Source of the DNA: Sulfurimonas sp. RIFOXYD12_FULL_33_39
GTDB lineage: Bacteria > Campylobacterota > Campylobacteria > Campylobacterales > Sulfurimonadaceae
Length of the DNA: 64,000 bases
Strand: one strand, 5' to 3'
Assembly (NCBI RefSeq): GCF_001829785.1
Contig: NZ_MICF01000010.1
The notes beneath the pieces were generated by a model. The model saw only the letters and a list, made by a program, of their open reading frames with translations, did not search any database and had not been told where the DNA came from. Position 1 is the first letter of the stretch, and the number at the start of each line of letters is the position of its first letter. A program made the translations under genes and the position numbers. This document shows, piece after piece, positions 20,488 to 30,829 of the stretch.

Positions 20488-21633
20488 ATGAATTTTGAAC
20501 CGTATCCATTTGAAAAACTTAACGAACTATTAAAAGATGTTGTGCCAAACAGCAAGTACGAAGCTTTGGCATTAACCATCGGAGAACCTCAATTTGAAAC
20601 TCCTGCATTTATTCAAGAAGAGTTATGCAAAAGTTCAAGCCTATTAAGAAGATATCCTAAAACAGCCGGCGAAGATTCTCTAAGAGCAGCCCAGAGAGAG
20701 TTTGTTTCAAAAAGATTTAACGTAGAACTAAGCGACTCTCAAATTATTCCTACGTTTGGAACAAGAGAAGTTCTTTTTAACTTTCCTCAATTTTTTCTTT
20801 TTGACAAAAAAGAGCCGACTATGGCTTTTACAAACCCTTTTTATCAGATATACGAAGGTGCGGCGATAGCTTCAAGAGCAAAAGTAATTCATCTAAATCT
20901 TACAGAGGAAAATAGTTTCAAACCTGAGATAGACGAAGAAAAACTATCTACATGTGATTTGGTCATTTTAAATTTTCCAAATAATCCAACTACTTCTACT
21001 CTTACGCTAGAGGAACTTGGAGTATGGGTAAAACTTGCTCTAAAACATAACTTCGTACTCTTAAACGACGAGTGTTACAGTGAGATATATACAAGTGCGC
21101 CTACTCCTTCGCTTCTTGAAGCATCACTACATGTAGGAAACGACTCGTTTAAAAATATACTTGTTATAAACTCTATCTCAAAACGCTCATCCGCTCCGGG
21201 ACTTCGCAGCGGATTTATTGCAGGCGATGAAAATATTTTAAAAGAGTATATAAATTACAGAACATACATAGGCTGTGCTTCCCCTCTTCCCCTTCAAAGT
21301 GCGGCTGCGGTTGCATGGAGAGATGAAGAACATGTAACGATTGCAAGGGATGTTTATAAAAAAAACTTTGAAGCGGCGCGTGAGATTTTAGGCATAGAAA
21401 TACCGAGTGCAACTTTTTACATCTGGTTAAAAGTTCCCTCTCCGCTTGAGTTTACAAAAAAACTTTATGAAAAATATAACGTAAAAGTTCTTCCCGGAGA
21501 ATATTTGGCAAGAGACGGCAAAGACGGCATAAATCCGGGCAAAGATTTTATCAGAATTGCTTTGGTTGAGACGCAAGAAAAAACAAGAAACGCATTACAA
21601 AGAATCAAGGAGGCTCTCTCATGGGCGAAGTAG
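20488..21633 (+). CDS. class I/II PLP aminotransferase (DapC-like)
   Basis: 381 aa with the PLP-lysine region NSISKRSSAPGLRSGF. Confidence 0.85.
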   Translation: MNFEPYPFEKLNELLKDVVPNSKYEALALTIGEPQFETPAFIQEELCKSSSLLRRYPKTAGEDSLRAAQREFVSKRFNVELSDSQIIPTFGTREVLFNFPQFFLFDKKEPTMAFTNPFYQIYEGAAIASRAKVIHLNLTEENSFKPEIDEEKLSTCDLVILNFPNNPTTSTLTLEELGVWVKLALKHNFVLLNDECYSEIYTSAPTPSLLEASLHVGNDSFKNILVINSISKRSSAPGLRSGFIAGDENILKEYINYRTYIGCASPLPLQSAAAVAWRDEEHVTIARDVYKKNFEAAREILGIEIPSATFYIWLKVPSPLEFTKKLYEKYNVKVLPGEYLARDGKDGINPGKDFIRIALVETQEKTRNALQRIKEALSWAK

Positions 21634-22124
21634 AAGAGTTAAAAGCAGAGGTTTTAAAAGCGCAGCAAAATTCGGATATTGCTTCGCTTTACATACTGGA
21701 GCAACGTGCGCATGATACTTTTGATGAAGATACTCTTGGCGGGTTTTATGCAAATATACTTGATTTGGCACTAGAGAGACTAACCGATACGCTTGAAGCA
21801 CACAGGGTTATGGATATGAATGAAGTTCAGGATTTTGCAACACTTAGAGCACTTTATGAGTATGCGATAGAGCATTACAGCGCAGGTAAGACCTCGGATG
21901 CAAGCGCTTTGTTTGAGGTTTTAAGCGGTCTTAGCAACGATAAAGAGTTCTCGTCTGCGCTAAAATTTCACTGGATTGCTTCAAAAGAGAATCTTTGCCT
22001 TGATGATTTTATCTCTAAAATTGCAGATATTGAAGCGACACAAAATGCAGGAACATTTTATATAAGCTGTTTTAACAAAGAGGCACAGAAATTGCTGACT
22101 AACTCCCAAATAGACGTGGAGTAA
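21621..22124 (+). CDS. hypothetical protein
   Basis: 167-aa helical ORF that overlaps the aminotransferase stop. No motif recognised. Confidence 0.5.
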   Translation: MGEVEELKAEVLKAQQNSDIASLYILEQRAHDTFDEDTLGGFYANILDLALERLTDTLEAHRVMDMNEVQDFATLRALYEYAIEHYSAGKTSDASALFEVLSGLSNDKEFSSALKFHWIASKENLCLDDFISKIADIEATQNAGTFYISCFNKEAQKLLTNSQIDVE

Positions 22125-22128
22125 GCAG

Positions 22129-23442
22129 ATGAAAATTCACTTTATCGGTATCGGCGGAATAGGTATCTCAGGATTAGCACAATATATGAAATATAAAGGT
22201 CATGAAATCAGCGGTTCAGACATTGCAGACACGGTTATCACTCAAAAACTTCGCAAATTAGGCATTACGGTAACTGTGCCGCATAATGCTTCTGCGATTA
22301 CCAATCAAGATTTGGTAATTCACTCGGCAATCATTCGTCCAGATAATCCGGAAATCGTTGAAGCAAAAGAGAGAGAAATAGAAGTTCTTGCACGCCGTGA
22401 AGCACTGCTACGTATTTTAAATACATCTAAAGTCTATTCGGTTGCAGGAGCACACGGTAAAAGTACCACAACTGCAATACTTACGGCTATTATGGACGGT
22501 TCGGCTATTATCGGTGCAGAGTCAAAAGCATTCGGCTCAAACGTAAGATATACGACAGATAACGATGTTATGCTTTTTGAAGCGGATGAGAGTGACGGAA
22601 GTTTTTTAAACTCAAACCCATATTGTTCTATCGTTATAAATGCAGAGCCTGAACACATGGAGTATTACGACTATAACTATGAGCTTTTTTACGAATCATA
22701 TAAAACTTTTATAAAGTTGGCGCCTTGTCGTGTTTTAAATGCGGAAGACCCGTTTTTAAACAAATTGATAGACGAAATCGAAGCTAAGTGGCTCTATCCA
22801 AGCCGTGATATTACAAACATAGAATTTGTTCTTATAAACGATGAGCCTCACACACGATTTAACCTCAAAGACTTAGGTAGTTTTGATGTTTGGGGTTTTG
22901 GAAAACATATTGCATTGGATGCTGCTTTGGCAATTCTTGCCGCAAATGAATCAATGGATATTGAAGAGATAAGAGAAAAGATACTTACATTTAAAGGCAT
23001 AAAGAAACGATTTGACATTGTCGGAGCTGAACATGACAGTGTGATTATCGATGATTACGGTCATCATCCTACAGAGATAAAAGCGACTTTTGAATCGGTT
23101 AAAGAGTACGCACTTTTAAAAGGTTTTGACAAAATTACCGCTATCTGGCAGCCGCATAAATACTCTCGAACAGTTGACAACCTCGAAGAGTTTATAAAAT
23201 GTTTTGAAGGTGCGCAGGAGCTTATAATTCTTCCCGTTTGGTCTGCAGGTGAAGCAAGCAGAGATATCGATTTTGCCGAGAAATTTAAAAGATACAACCT
23301 TATAATGGCGGACAATATCACAAGAGCAAACAATACGATTACTATTATAAAAGACAAAGAGGCACTTAAAACTCTGGATAAAGGTCTTATTATCGGTTTT
23401 GGCGCCGGAGATTTAACTTATCAAATAAGAGGAACTGCTTAG
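22129..23442 (+). CDS. murC: UDP-N-acetylmuramate--L-alanine ligase
   Basis: 437 aa with FIGIGGIGISGLA and the Mur ligase P-loop GAHGKSTTT. Confidence 0.93.
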   Translation: MKIHFIGIGGIGISGLAQYMKYKGHEISGSDIADTVITQKLRKLGITVTVPHNASAITNQDLVIHSAIIRPDNPEIVEAKEREIEVLARREALLRILNTSKVYSVAGAHGKSTTTAILTAIMDGSAIIGAESKAFGSNVRYTTDNDVMLFEADESDGSFLNSNPYCSIVINAEPEHMEYYDYNYELFYESYKTFIKLAPCRVLNAEDPFLNKLIDEIEAKWLYPSRDITNIEFVLINDEPHTRFNLKDLGSFDVWGFGKHIALDAALAILAANESMDIEEIREKILTFKGIKKRFDIVGAEHDSVIIDDYGHHPTEIKATFESVKEYALLKGFDKITAIWQPHKYSRTVDNLEEFIKCFEGAQELIILPVWSAGEASRDIDFAEKFKRYNLIMADNITRANNTITIIKDKEALKTLDKGLIIGFGAGDLTYQIRGTA

Positions 23443-23771
23443 TGGCATACATAATAGGTCTAATCATAGTAGGGCTATTTTTTTTAGCCCTTCACTACTT
23501 TACCGAGTTTTCGCGTCAACAAAAAGTTATTGTAACGACTCTGGTTTTAGGTGTTGTTTTATTTGCAATAGCTTTTAATACTTACAGCAACTCTCAAAGA
23601 GACAAAATGCTTGACGCAGTTTTGAAGTTTAATCAACATAAGACTATTACATGTAAAGGTGTGAGCGTTAATGATGAAAATTTTACTCTAAGCATAGGAA
23701 CTTATACTTTCATAGGTAAAGAGAACACTCCATACTTTTCCCAAATGATTAGTGCTTCTACATGCGAATAG
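23442..23771 (+). CDS. hypothetical membrane protein
   Basis: 109 aa with two predicted N-terminal TM helices. Confidence 0.5.
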   Translation: MAYIIGLIIVGLFFLALHYFTEFSRQQKVIVTTLVLGVVLFAIAFNTYSNSQRDKMLDAVLKFNQHKTITCKGVSVNDENFTLSIGTYTFIGKENTPYFSQMISASTCE

Positions 23772-25978
23772 AAAATAGTTCCAAGGTTGATTTAATTATC
23801 AATCAACTTGATTTAAACGAGCATATAAACACATTTAAACAATTTTTTTCACGTGATGACTCTCTTTATATGGAAGGTGATCAGGAGCTTCATTACCGCT
23901 ATATAAAAGCTCTTGATTCTATCGAGTTTAAATCGCCTCCAAAAGTTGCCGACTTTACAAATATAAAACTTCATCTAAAAAAACAGGGCGTATTGCAGTT
24001 TGAGCAGATTTTTGAGATAGTAAAAGTTGTCCGTTATTTTCGCTACTTTAAAAACAAAAATCTACAAGGCATTATCGGCGAATGGATGGATAAGTTTGTT
24101 ATTGAACCGAAATTTATGGAAGTTGAAAAGTACTTTACGCATGATGGCAAATTTGAAGAGAATCTTGATGAAGTTCTTTTTAATCTCGGTGCTAGAATAA
24201 GAGAACACAAAACCAACATGAGCGGCTCTTTAAAAAGGCTGATTTCAAGCCAAAAACTCTCATCTTATATGATTGATACTCAAGTTCACTTTATAAATGA
24301 CGAAGAGTGTCTTTTGGTTCGCGGCGGTTTTAATCATGTACTAAAAGGTGCAGTTATCGGCAGAAGTTCTAGCGGCGGTTTTTATGTCTCGCCCGATAGT
24401 ATATTAAAAGCAAAAGAGCAGATACGCTACATTAACCAAGAAAGAGACGCCATCTTTTACACCTACGCAAAAGAGTTCTCATCAAAACTCTCTGAACTTT
24501 TGCCTTTTATAAACTTTATCGACAAAGAGTTTGGCAAATTTGACAACTATCAAGCAAGAGTTTTGTTTGCAAAAAGTAAAAATCTCCAACTTATAAAATC
24601 TAAAAAAGATTCAAAAATTATTTTAGAGGGTTTTATACACCCTGCTCTTCACCATGCAAAACCTATACATGTAGATTTTTCTAAAAATATCTTAATGATT
24701 ACCGGTGTAAATGCAGGCGGAAAGACCATGCTTTTAAAGTCAATCCTCTCTGCGGCTTTTATGGCAAAATATATTATTCCGATGAAACTAAACGAGCATA
24801 AATCACATGTAGGGAATTTTAAAAATATATTAGCAATTATCGACGACCCTCAAAACGTAAAAAATGACATCTCTACCTTTGCAGGACGTATGCAGGAGTT
24901 TTCTAAGATATTTGAGTATAAAGAGGCTCTTGTCGGGGTTGACGAGATAGAACTCGGAACGGACAGCGACGAAGCTGCCGCACTCTTTAAAGTGATACTT
25001 GATGAACTTATAATGCGTGGACAAAAGATTGTCGTTACTACCCATCATAAACGTCTTGCGGCTTTAATGGCAGACCGTGACGATGTGGAGCTTATGGCGG
25101 CGATTTATGATGAGCAAAATAGAGTGCCTACTTATGAGTTTATGCATGGCATCATCGGAAAAAGCTACGCATTTGAGACGGCAAGCAGATACGGTATCTC
25201 AAACAAAATCGTAAACGAAGCAAAAGTAGTTTACGGCGATAACAGCGAAAAGCTAAATATACTCATAGAAAGAGGCTCACAGCTAGAGCGCGAATTAAAA
25301 CAAAAGCATAGAACGGTTGATGAAAAACTAGAAGAGCTAAGGCTAAAAGAGCTTGACTTAAAAGAGCAAAGACAAAAGGTTTATGAAGAGCTTCAAAAAG
25401 AAAAAGCCGTGTTAAAAGAGAGCTACGAAATAGCGATAAACGAAGCAAAACAAGCCGCTCGTGCAGGTGATGCAAAAGCAATTCACAGAGCTATGAATAA
25501 AGCGAACAAAAATTTACCAAAAGAGAAACCGCCGCAAAGTCTTCCTATAAAATTCAGCGTAGGCGAAAGCGTAAAATATCATAGCAAAAAAGGCGTAATA
25601 GTTGCTATGAAAGATGAAAAAGAGGCTATCGTAGAGGTTGACGGAATGCGTGTGCGTGTTAATACATCACAACTAAAACCGACTGAGACCATAAAACAAA
25701 AACCACGAACTGACGTAAATCTACAAGTACAAAAAAGAGCAGGACTAAAATGCGACCTTCACGGCATGAGAGCCGAAGAGGCAACGGAAGTTTTGGATAA
25801 ATTTATCTCCGATGCGCTTATAAACGGCTGGGATGAAGTGATAGTCTATCACGGTATCGGAACAGGCAAATTATCCTACGCTGTTAAAGAGTTTCTAAAA
25901 GCCCATCCGAGAGTTAAAAAGTTTGAAGATGCACCGCAACACATGGGCGGTTTTGGTGCAAAAGTAGTGACTCTGTAA
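23762..25978 (+). CDS. mutS2: endonuclease MutS2 (MutS ATPase plus C-terminal Smr domain)
   Basis: 738 aa with the Walker A GVNAGGKTMLLK, the MutS signature, a coiled-coil region and an Smr domain (CDLHGMRAEEA...). Confidence 0.92.
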   Translation: MRIENSSKVDLIINQLDLNEHINTFKQFFSRDDSLYMEGDQELHYRYIKALDSIEFKSPPKVADFTNIKLHLKKQGVLQFEQIFEIVKVVRYFRYFKNKNLQGIIGEWMDKFVIEPKFMEVEKYFTHDGKFEENLDEVLFNLGARIREHKTNMSGSLKRLISSQKLSSYMIDTQVHFINDEECLLVRGGFNHVLKGAVIGRSSSGGFYVSPDSILKAKEQIRYINQERDAIFYTYAKEFSSKLSELLPFINFIDKEFGKFDNYQARVLFAKSKNLQLIKSKKDSKIILEGFIHPALHHAKPIHVDFSKNILMITGVNAGGKTMLLKSILSAAFMAKYIIPMKLNEHKSHVGNFKNILAIIDDPQNVKNDISTFAGRMQEFSKIFEYKEALVGVDEIELGTDSDEAAALFKVILDELIMRGQKIVVTTHHKRLAALMADRDDVELMAAIYDEQNRVPTYEFMHGIIGKSYAFETASRYGISNKIVNEAKVVYGDNSEKLNILIERGSQLERELKQKHRTVDEKLEELRLKELDLKEQRQKVYEELQKEKAVLKESYEIAINEAKQAARAGDAKAIHRAMNKANKNLPKEKPPQSLPIKFSVGESVKYHSKKGVIVAMKDEKEAIVEVDGMRVRVNTSQLKPTETIKQKPRTDVNLQVQKRAGLKCDLHGMRAEEATEVLDKFISDALINGWDEVIVYHGIGTGKLSYAVKEFLKAHPRVKKFEDAPQHMGGFGAKVVTL

Positions 25979-26100
25979 TGAAGAAAACTCCCAAAAGTGG
26001 AAAATTTATACTAGAATAAATGCCTTGGACTTTAAATTAGCTATAATAATTAAAAATTAATTATTAATTAAATATGTTAATTAAAAGGTTACAGCAAGTA

Positions 26101-27657
26101 ATGGCAAAAGAAAAAAATCAAAAATCTATGGAAGAGACTCTTTGGGAAAGTGCAAATAAACTTAGAGGCTCAGTTGAATCAAGTGAATACAAGCATATTG
26201 TTCTGGGACTTATTTTTTTAAAGTTTGTGAGTGATACTTTTGAAGAGAGAAGAGAAAAGCTAATAGCCGAAGGCAAAGAGGCATTTGTGGATATGGTGGA
26301 GTTTTACACTATGGAAAATGTTTTTTATCTTCCTACTGAATCACGATGGTCATACATAAAACAAAACGCAAAACAAAATGATATCGCCCTCAAAATAGAT
26401 ACAGCCCTAGCAACTATCGAAAAAAACAATCCTAGCCTAAAAGGTGCATTGCCTGATAATTACTTCTCAAGACTTGGTCTTGATGTGAGTAAACTTTCAT
26501 CTCTCATAGATACTATCAACAACATCAATACCATAGAAGACAAAGGGCATGATGTGGTTGGACGAGTATATGAATACTTCTTAAGTAAGTTTGCAATCGC
26601 TGAGGGTAAAGGAAAAGGAGAGTTCTACACGCCAAAATCAATAGTCAATCTTATATCAACCATGATAGAGCCATACAAAGGCAAGATATATGACCCCGCA
26701 TGTGGAAGTGGCGGTATGTTTGTGCAGTCTGTAAAGTTTATAGATGCTCACAATGGAAACAAAAAAGATATCTCGGTTTACGGTCAAGAATATACAGCCA
26801 CTACCTACAAACTTGCCAAAATGAACTTAGCCATCAGAGGAATATCTGCAAATCTTGGAGATGTACCTGCCGATACATTTGCAAAAGACCAACACAAAGA
26901 CCTTAAAGCCGACTTCATCATGGCAAATCCACCTTTTAATCAAAAAGATTGGAGAGGTGTAAACGAACTACTAGACGATGCAAGATGGGCAGGATACGAT
27001 GTACCGCCGACATCAAACGCCAACTACGGATGGATACTAAACATGGTATCAAAACTCTCCGTAAACGGTGTAGCTGGATTTGTCTTGGCAAATGGGGCGT
27101 TAAGCGGTGGCGGCGAAGAGTATAAAATACGAAAAAAGCTCATTGAAAATGATATTGTAGAGGCGATTGTTATTTTACCTAGAAACCTTTTTTATACGAC
27201 AGATATTAGTGTGACTCTTTGGATACTGGGTGCCAATAAGAAGCTTAGAATTTTTGAGCAAAATGGCAAAATAAAAACTCATCGAGATAGAACAAATGAG
27301 ATACTTTTTATGGATTTGAGACAAAAAGGTGTGCCATTTGAAAAGAAATTTACACAGTTTGATGATGAAACAGTAGAAGAAGTAACTGATACTTATCATG
27401 TTTGGCAAAGTGATAAAGAGGCTTACAAAGATATACCTGAATACTGTTATAGTGCATCAAAAGATGAAGTGAGAGCAAAAGATTACTCACTTGTTCCTAG
27501 CAAATACATAGAGTTTGTAAACAGAGATGAAAATATAGATTTCGATACAAAGATGCAAACACTTCAAGGTGAATTTGCAGAGCTTTTAAAAGAGGAAGAA
27601 CAATCAAAAAAAGAGCTACTAAAAGTATTTGAGGAACTTGGTTATGCCATCAACTAA
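26101..27657 (+). CDS. hsdM: type I restriction-modification system methyltransferase subunit
   Basis: The ORF runs from 26074, and the ATG at 26101 gives the typical HsdM N-terminus. AdoMet motif DPACGSGGMF and catalytic NPPFN are present. Confidence 0.93.
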   Translation: MAKEKNQKSMEETLWESANKLRGSVESSEYKHIVLGLIFLKFVSDTFEERREKLIAEGKEAFVDMVEFYTMENVFYLPTESRWSYIKQNAKQNDIALKIDTALATIEKNNPSLKGALPDNYFSRLGLDVSKLSSLIDTINNINTIEDKGHDVVGRVYEYFLSKFAIAEGKGKGEFYTPKSIVNLISTMIEPYKGKIYDPACGSGGMFVQSVKFIDAHNGNKKDISVYGQEYTATTYKLAKMNLAIRGISANLGDVPADTFAKDQHKDLKADFIMANPPFNQKDWRGVNELLDDARWAGYDVPPTSNANYGWILNMVSKLSVNGVAGFVLANGALSGGGEEYKIRKKLIENDIVEAIVILPRNLFYTTDISVTLWILGANKKLRIFEQNGKIKTHRDRTNEILFMDLRQKGVPFEKKFTQFDDETVEEVTDTYHVWQSDKEAYKDIPEYCYSASKDEVRAKDYSLVPSKYIEFVNRDENIDFDTKMQTLQGEFAELLKEEEQSKKELLKVFEELGYAIN

Positions 27658-28702
27658 AATAGTTACAACAGAATATAAAAAGTGGTTACATGAGATAAAA
27701 CAAAAATTTCAAAGCTCACAGATAAAGGCTTCAATTGCTGTCAATACTACTTTGCTTGAATTTTACTGGAATCTTGGAAACGATATAGTTGAAAAACAAA
27801 AGGTGCATAAATGGGGAAGTGGTTTTTTAGAGCAATTAAGTAGAGATTTGCTCGAAGAGTTCCCAGATATAAAGGGATTTTCTCTCTCAAATTTACAATA
27901 TATAAGAAGATGGTTTTTGTTTTATACAAATAGTGGAACGAGTTGTTGTGCAAATGAAATTGAAAAAATGGAACAGCTTGTTCCACAATTGTTTTTGATA
28001 CCATTGGGGCATAATTTTGTAATAATATCAAAGTGTAAAGATATAGATGAAGCCCTATATTATGTAAACAACACACTCAAACATGGCATAAGTAGAAATG
28101 TACTTATCCATCAAATAGAAACTAATCTTTACGCAAGAGATGGCAAAGCTATCACAAATTTTGAAACCACTTTGCCACCTTTACAATCAGACTTGGCAAA
28201 AGAGATTACAAAAGACCCCTATAATTTTGACTTTTTGAGTATGAGAGAAAATTATCAAGAAAAAGAGCTAGAAGATGCACTATGTGAAAATATCACAAAG
28301 TTTTTACTTGAACTTGGTAGTGGCTTTGCTTTTGTAGGAAGACAATACAAGCTCCTTGTAGGCGGAGATGAGTTTAAAATAGATTTACTTTTTTACCATA
28401 TCAAACTCAAATGTTATGTAGTAGTTGAGTTAAAAGCAGTAGAATTTAAGCCAGAGTTTACTGGTAAACTGAGCTTTTATACTTCGGCAATAGACGGCGA
28501 ATTAAAAAGTGCAAATGATAATCCAACTATCGGGATACTCATTTGCAAATCAAAAAACAACATAGTAGTAGAATATGCACTCAAAGATATAAACAAACCT
28601 TTGGGAATTAGTGAATATGAACTAACTGAAATTCTTCCAAAAGAGTATAAATCATCACTTCCAACTATCGAGGAAATAGAGGCAGAGTTAGATGAGAAGT
28701 AA
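27644..28702 (+). CDS. DUF1016/YhcG-type PD-(D/E)xK nuclease-fold protein
   Basis: The track starts at TTG 27629. The ATG at 27644 has a GAGGA RBS. The C-terminal core IDLLFYH...VVVELK fits the D...ExK motif. Overlaps the hsdM stop. Confidence 0.75.
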   Translation: MPSTKIVTTEYKKWLHEIKQKFQSSQIKASIAVNTTLLEFYWNLGNDIVEKQKVHKWGSGFLEQLSRDLLEEFPDIKGFSLSNLQYIRRWFLFYTNSGTSCCANEIEKMEQLVPQLFLIPLGHNFVIISKCKDIDEALYYVNNTLKHGISRNVLIHQIETNLYARDGKAITNFETTLPPLQSDLAKEITKDPYNFDFLSMRENYQEKELEDALCENITKFLLELGSGFAFVGRQYKLLVGGDEFKIDLLFYHIKLKCYVVVELKAVEFKPEFTGKLSFYTSAIDGELKSANDNPTIGILICKSKNNIVVEYALKDINKPLGISEYELTEILPKEYKSSLPTIEEIEAELDEK

Positions 28703-29891
28703 TTATAAAAAACTTGGTCAATTTATTCAGCAAGTCAGTGTAAAAAACAGTGATTTAACAGTTGATAATCTCTTGGGTGTAAGTATTACAAAAAAGTTTA
28801 TTCCATCTATCGCAAATATCATTGGTACAGATATGACCATATATAAAATAGTCCAAAAAGGTCAATTTGCTTATGGACCAGTAACTTCAAGAAATGGGGA
28901 TAAAATCTCTGTAGCATTGCTTGAAAATGATGAAGCTATTGTTTCTACTTCATATACTGTATTTGAAATTATTAACACAAATGAGTTATTGCCAGAATAT
29001 CTTATGATGTGGTTTAGAAGAGAAGAGTTTGACAGATATGCAAGATATATGTCTCATGGTAGTACAAGAGAAGCTTTTGGATGGGAAGAGATGTGTGATG
29101 TAGAACTTCCAGTTCCTTCACTTGAAAAACAAAATGAGATAATTAAAGAGTACCACACCATCACAGACAGAATCAAACTCAATGAACAACTAAATCAAAA
29201 GCTAGAAGATACCGCACAAAGTATCTATAAAGAGTGGTTTGTAAATTTTGAGTTTCCACACAACTTTAGTCATTCTGAACTTGATTCAGAATCTAATATA
29301 AAACCATATAAATCAAATGGTGGCGAAATGGTTTATTGTGATGAGTTAGAGATGGAAATACCTAATAATTGGCAAATAGTTGAACTTATTGATATGTTAG
29401 ATATAAAATATGGGAAAGACTATAAACATCTTAACAATGGGGAAATACCTCTTTATGGTTCAGGTGGAATAATGAAATATGTTGATAAATATTTATATTC
29501 AGGCGAATCAATATTAATACCTAGAAAAGGTTCATTAAACAATATTATCCACATAAATCAAGAGTTTTGGACTGTAGATACAATGTTTTACTCGATTATA
29601 AAAACTAAATTCTCAGGAAAATATCTTTTTCATATTTTAAAAAGTATTGATTTTTATAGTTTAAATGTTGGTTCAGCAGTTCCAAGTATGACTACAAATC
29701 TTTTAAATGGATTAAAAAATCTAAAACCTGAAAATTATGTTCTTGAAAATTTTGAGAAAATATTGATACCAATTTTTAAACATAAAAGTATTTTAAAAGA
29801 TGAAAATGAAACTTTAGAAAGATTAAAAGAAGTTTTACTTTCAAAAATTGCAACTATTGACGAAAATGAGAAAGTGGTAATAAAAAAATGA
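28692..29891 (+). CDS. hsdS: type I restriction-modification system specificity subunit
   Basis: 399 aa with two dissimilar target-recognition domains separated by a central conserved helix (LPVPSLEKQNEIIKEY...) plus a C-terminal conserved helix. Confidence 0.85.
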   Translation: MRSNYKKLGQFIQQVSVKNSDLTVDNLLGVSITKKFIPSIANIIGTDMTIYKIVQKGQFAYGPVTSRNGDKISVALLENDEAIVSTSYTVFEIINTNELLPEYLMMWFRREEFDRYARYMSHGSTREAFGWEEMCDVELPVPSLEKQNEIIKEYHTITDRIKLNEQLNQKLEDTAQSIYKEWFVNFEFPHNFSHSELDSESNIKPYKSNGGEMVYCDELEMEIPNNWQIVELIDMLDIKYGKDYKHLNNGEIPLYGSGGIMKYVDKYLYSGESILIPRKGSLNNIIHINQEFWTVDTMFYSIIKTKFSGKYLFHILKSIDFYSLNVGSAVPSMTTNLLNGLKNLKPENYVLENFEKILIPIFKHKSILKDENETLERLKEVLLSKIATIDENEKVVIKK

Positions 29892-30829
29892 TAAGTACAT
29901 ATACTACACATGCTGGAACTACTATTACTTTTGATGTTGTAGTTGATGATATATTACAAAACTTATCAACTAATAATATTGACCCAAATAATAAAGCACT
30001 ATTAAGTTTGGTAAATGGATTTGAAAGTGGCAAATGGAGACGACAACAATTTGAACAATTTATTTGGAATAACATTAAAGATACAGCACTTTCTCAAACA
30101 GAAAAAGAGGCTTTAATCGGTGATGAACAAACCATATTAACAAAATCAGCTAAAAATTTACGATTATTAGAAGGTGATGAAAAAGGTGGTGAAATTGGAG
30201 AAATATTACTTTACGGCATAATGAAAAAATATTATTCTGCTCTTCCTGTTGTGCCAAAAATATTTTATAAACAAAATAGAAATGATTATGCAAAAGGTGC
30301 TGATAGCATCCATATAACACTTAATACAGATGGTACATTTTCACTTTGGCTTGGGGAAGCTAAATTTTATAATAGTATTAAAGATACAAGATTGGATTCA
30401 ATTATTGAGTCTGTTCACAATATATTCATAGATGATAAGCTTAGAAAAGAACTAAGTATTGTGACATCGCTTAAAGATTTAGATTTATTCATTGAAGATA
30501 AAAAACTACTCAAAGATATTAAAGATAAACTAGCAGATGGCATCTCACTTGATGATATTAAGCAACAATTACATGTTCCAATTCTTATTCTTCATCAATG
30601 TGAGATTACTGCAAGCAATACAGAAAGTTTTGATGAATACAAAAAAAAGATGAGGGAAGAACATATTAAAAAAGCGGAAATTTTTATGAAAAAACAAGAT
30701 ATCAAGCTAAATAGTGTCTATATGTACAAAGAAATAAAATTTCATTTAATATTATTTCCAGTTCCCAACAAATCTGAGCTTGTAGATAGATTTTATACAA
30801 AAGCAATGTTTGAAAGAGATGAAGATTAA
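29888..30829 (+). CDS. hamA: Hachiman HamA-like protein (DUF1837-type PD-(D/E)xK fold)
   Basis: 313 aa with GEIGEILLYG...GADSIHI...LWLGEAKFY, which fits an E...D...ExK nuclease-like core. Immediately precedes an SF2 helicase. ATGA overlap with hsdS. Confidence 0.6.
   Translation: MISTYTTHAGTTITFDVVVDDILQNLSTNNIDPNNKALLSLVNGFESGKWRRQQFEQFIWNNIKDTALSQTEKEALIGDEQTILTKSAKNLRLLEGDEKGGEIGEILLYGIMKKYYSALPVVPKIFYKQNRNDYAKGADSIHITLNTDGTFSLWLGEAKFYNSIKDTRLDSIIESVHNIFIDDKLRKELSIVTSLKDLDLFIEDKKLLKDIKDKLADGISLDDIKQQLHVPILILHQCEITASNTESFDEYKKKMREEHIKKAEIFMKKQDIKLNSVYMYKEIKFHLILFPVPNKSELVDRFYTKAMFERDED

Noticed and set aside
28692-29891. Phase-variable hsdS (simple-sequence repeats or invertible duplicate TRDs).
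   Set aside because: I saw no tetra- or penta-nucleotide repeats or long homopolymers in hsdS or hsdM. There is no second hsdS copy or recombinase in the island.
30641-30648. An A8 run inside hamA, and similar A/T runs elsewhere, as phase-variation tracts.
   Set aside because: Poly-A/T runs of this length are frequent in this AT-rich genome and are much less mutable than G/C tracts. Nothing distinguishes this one.
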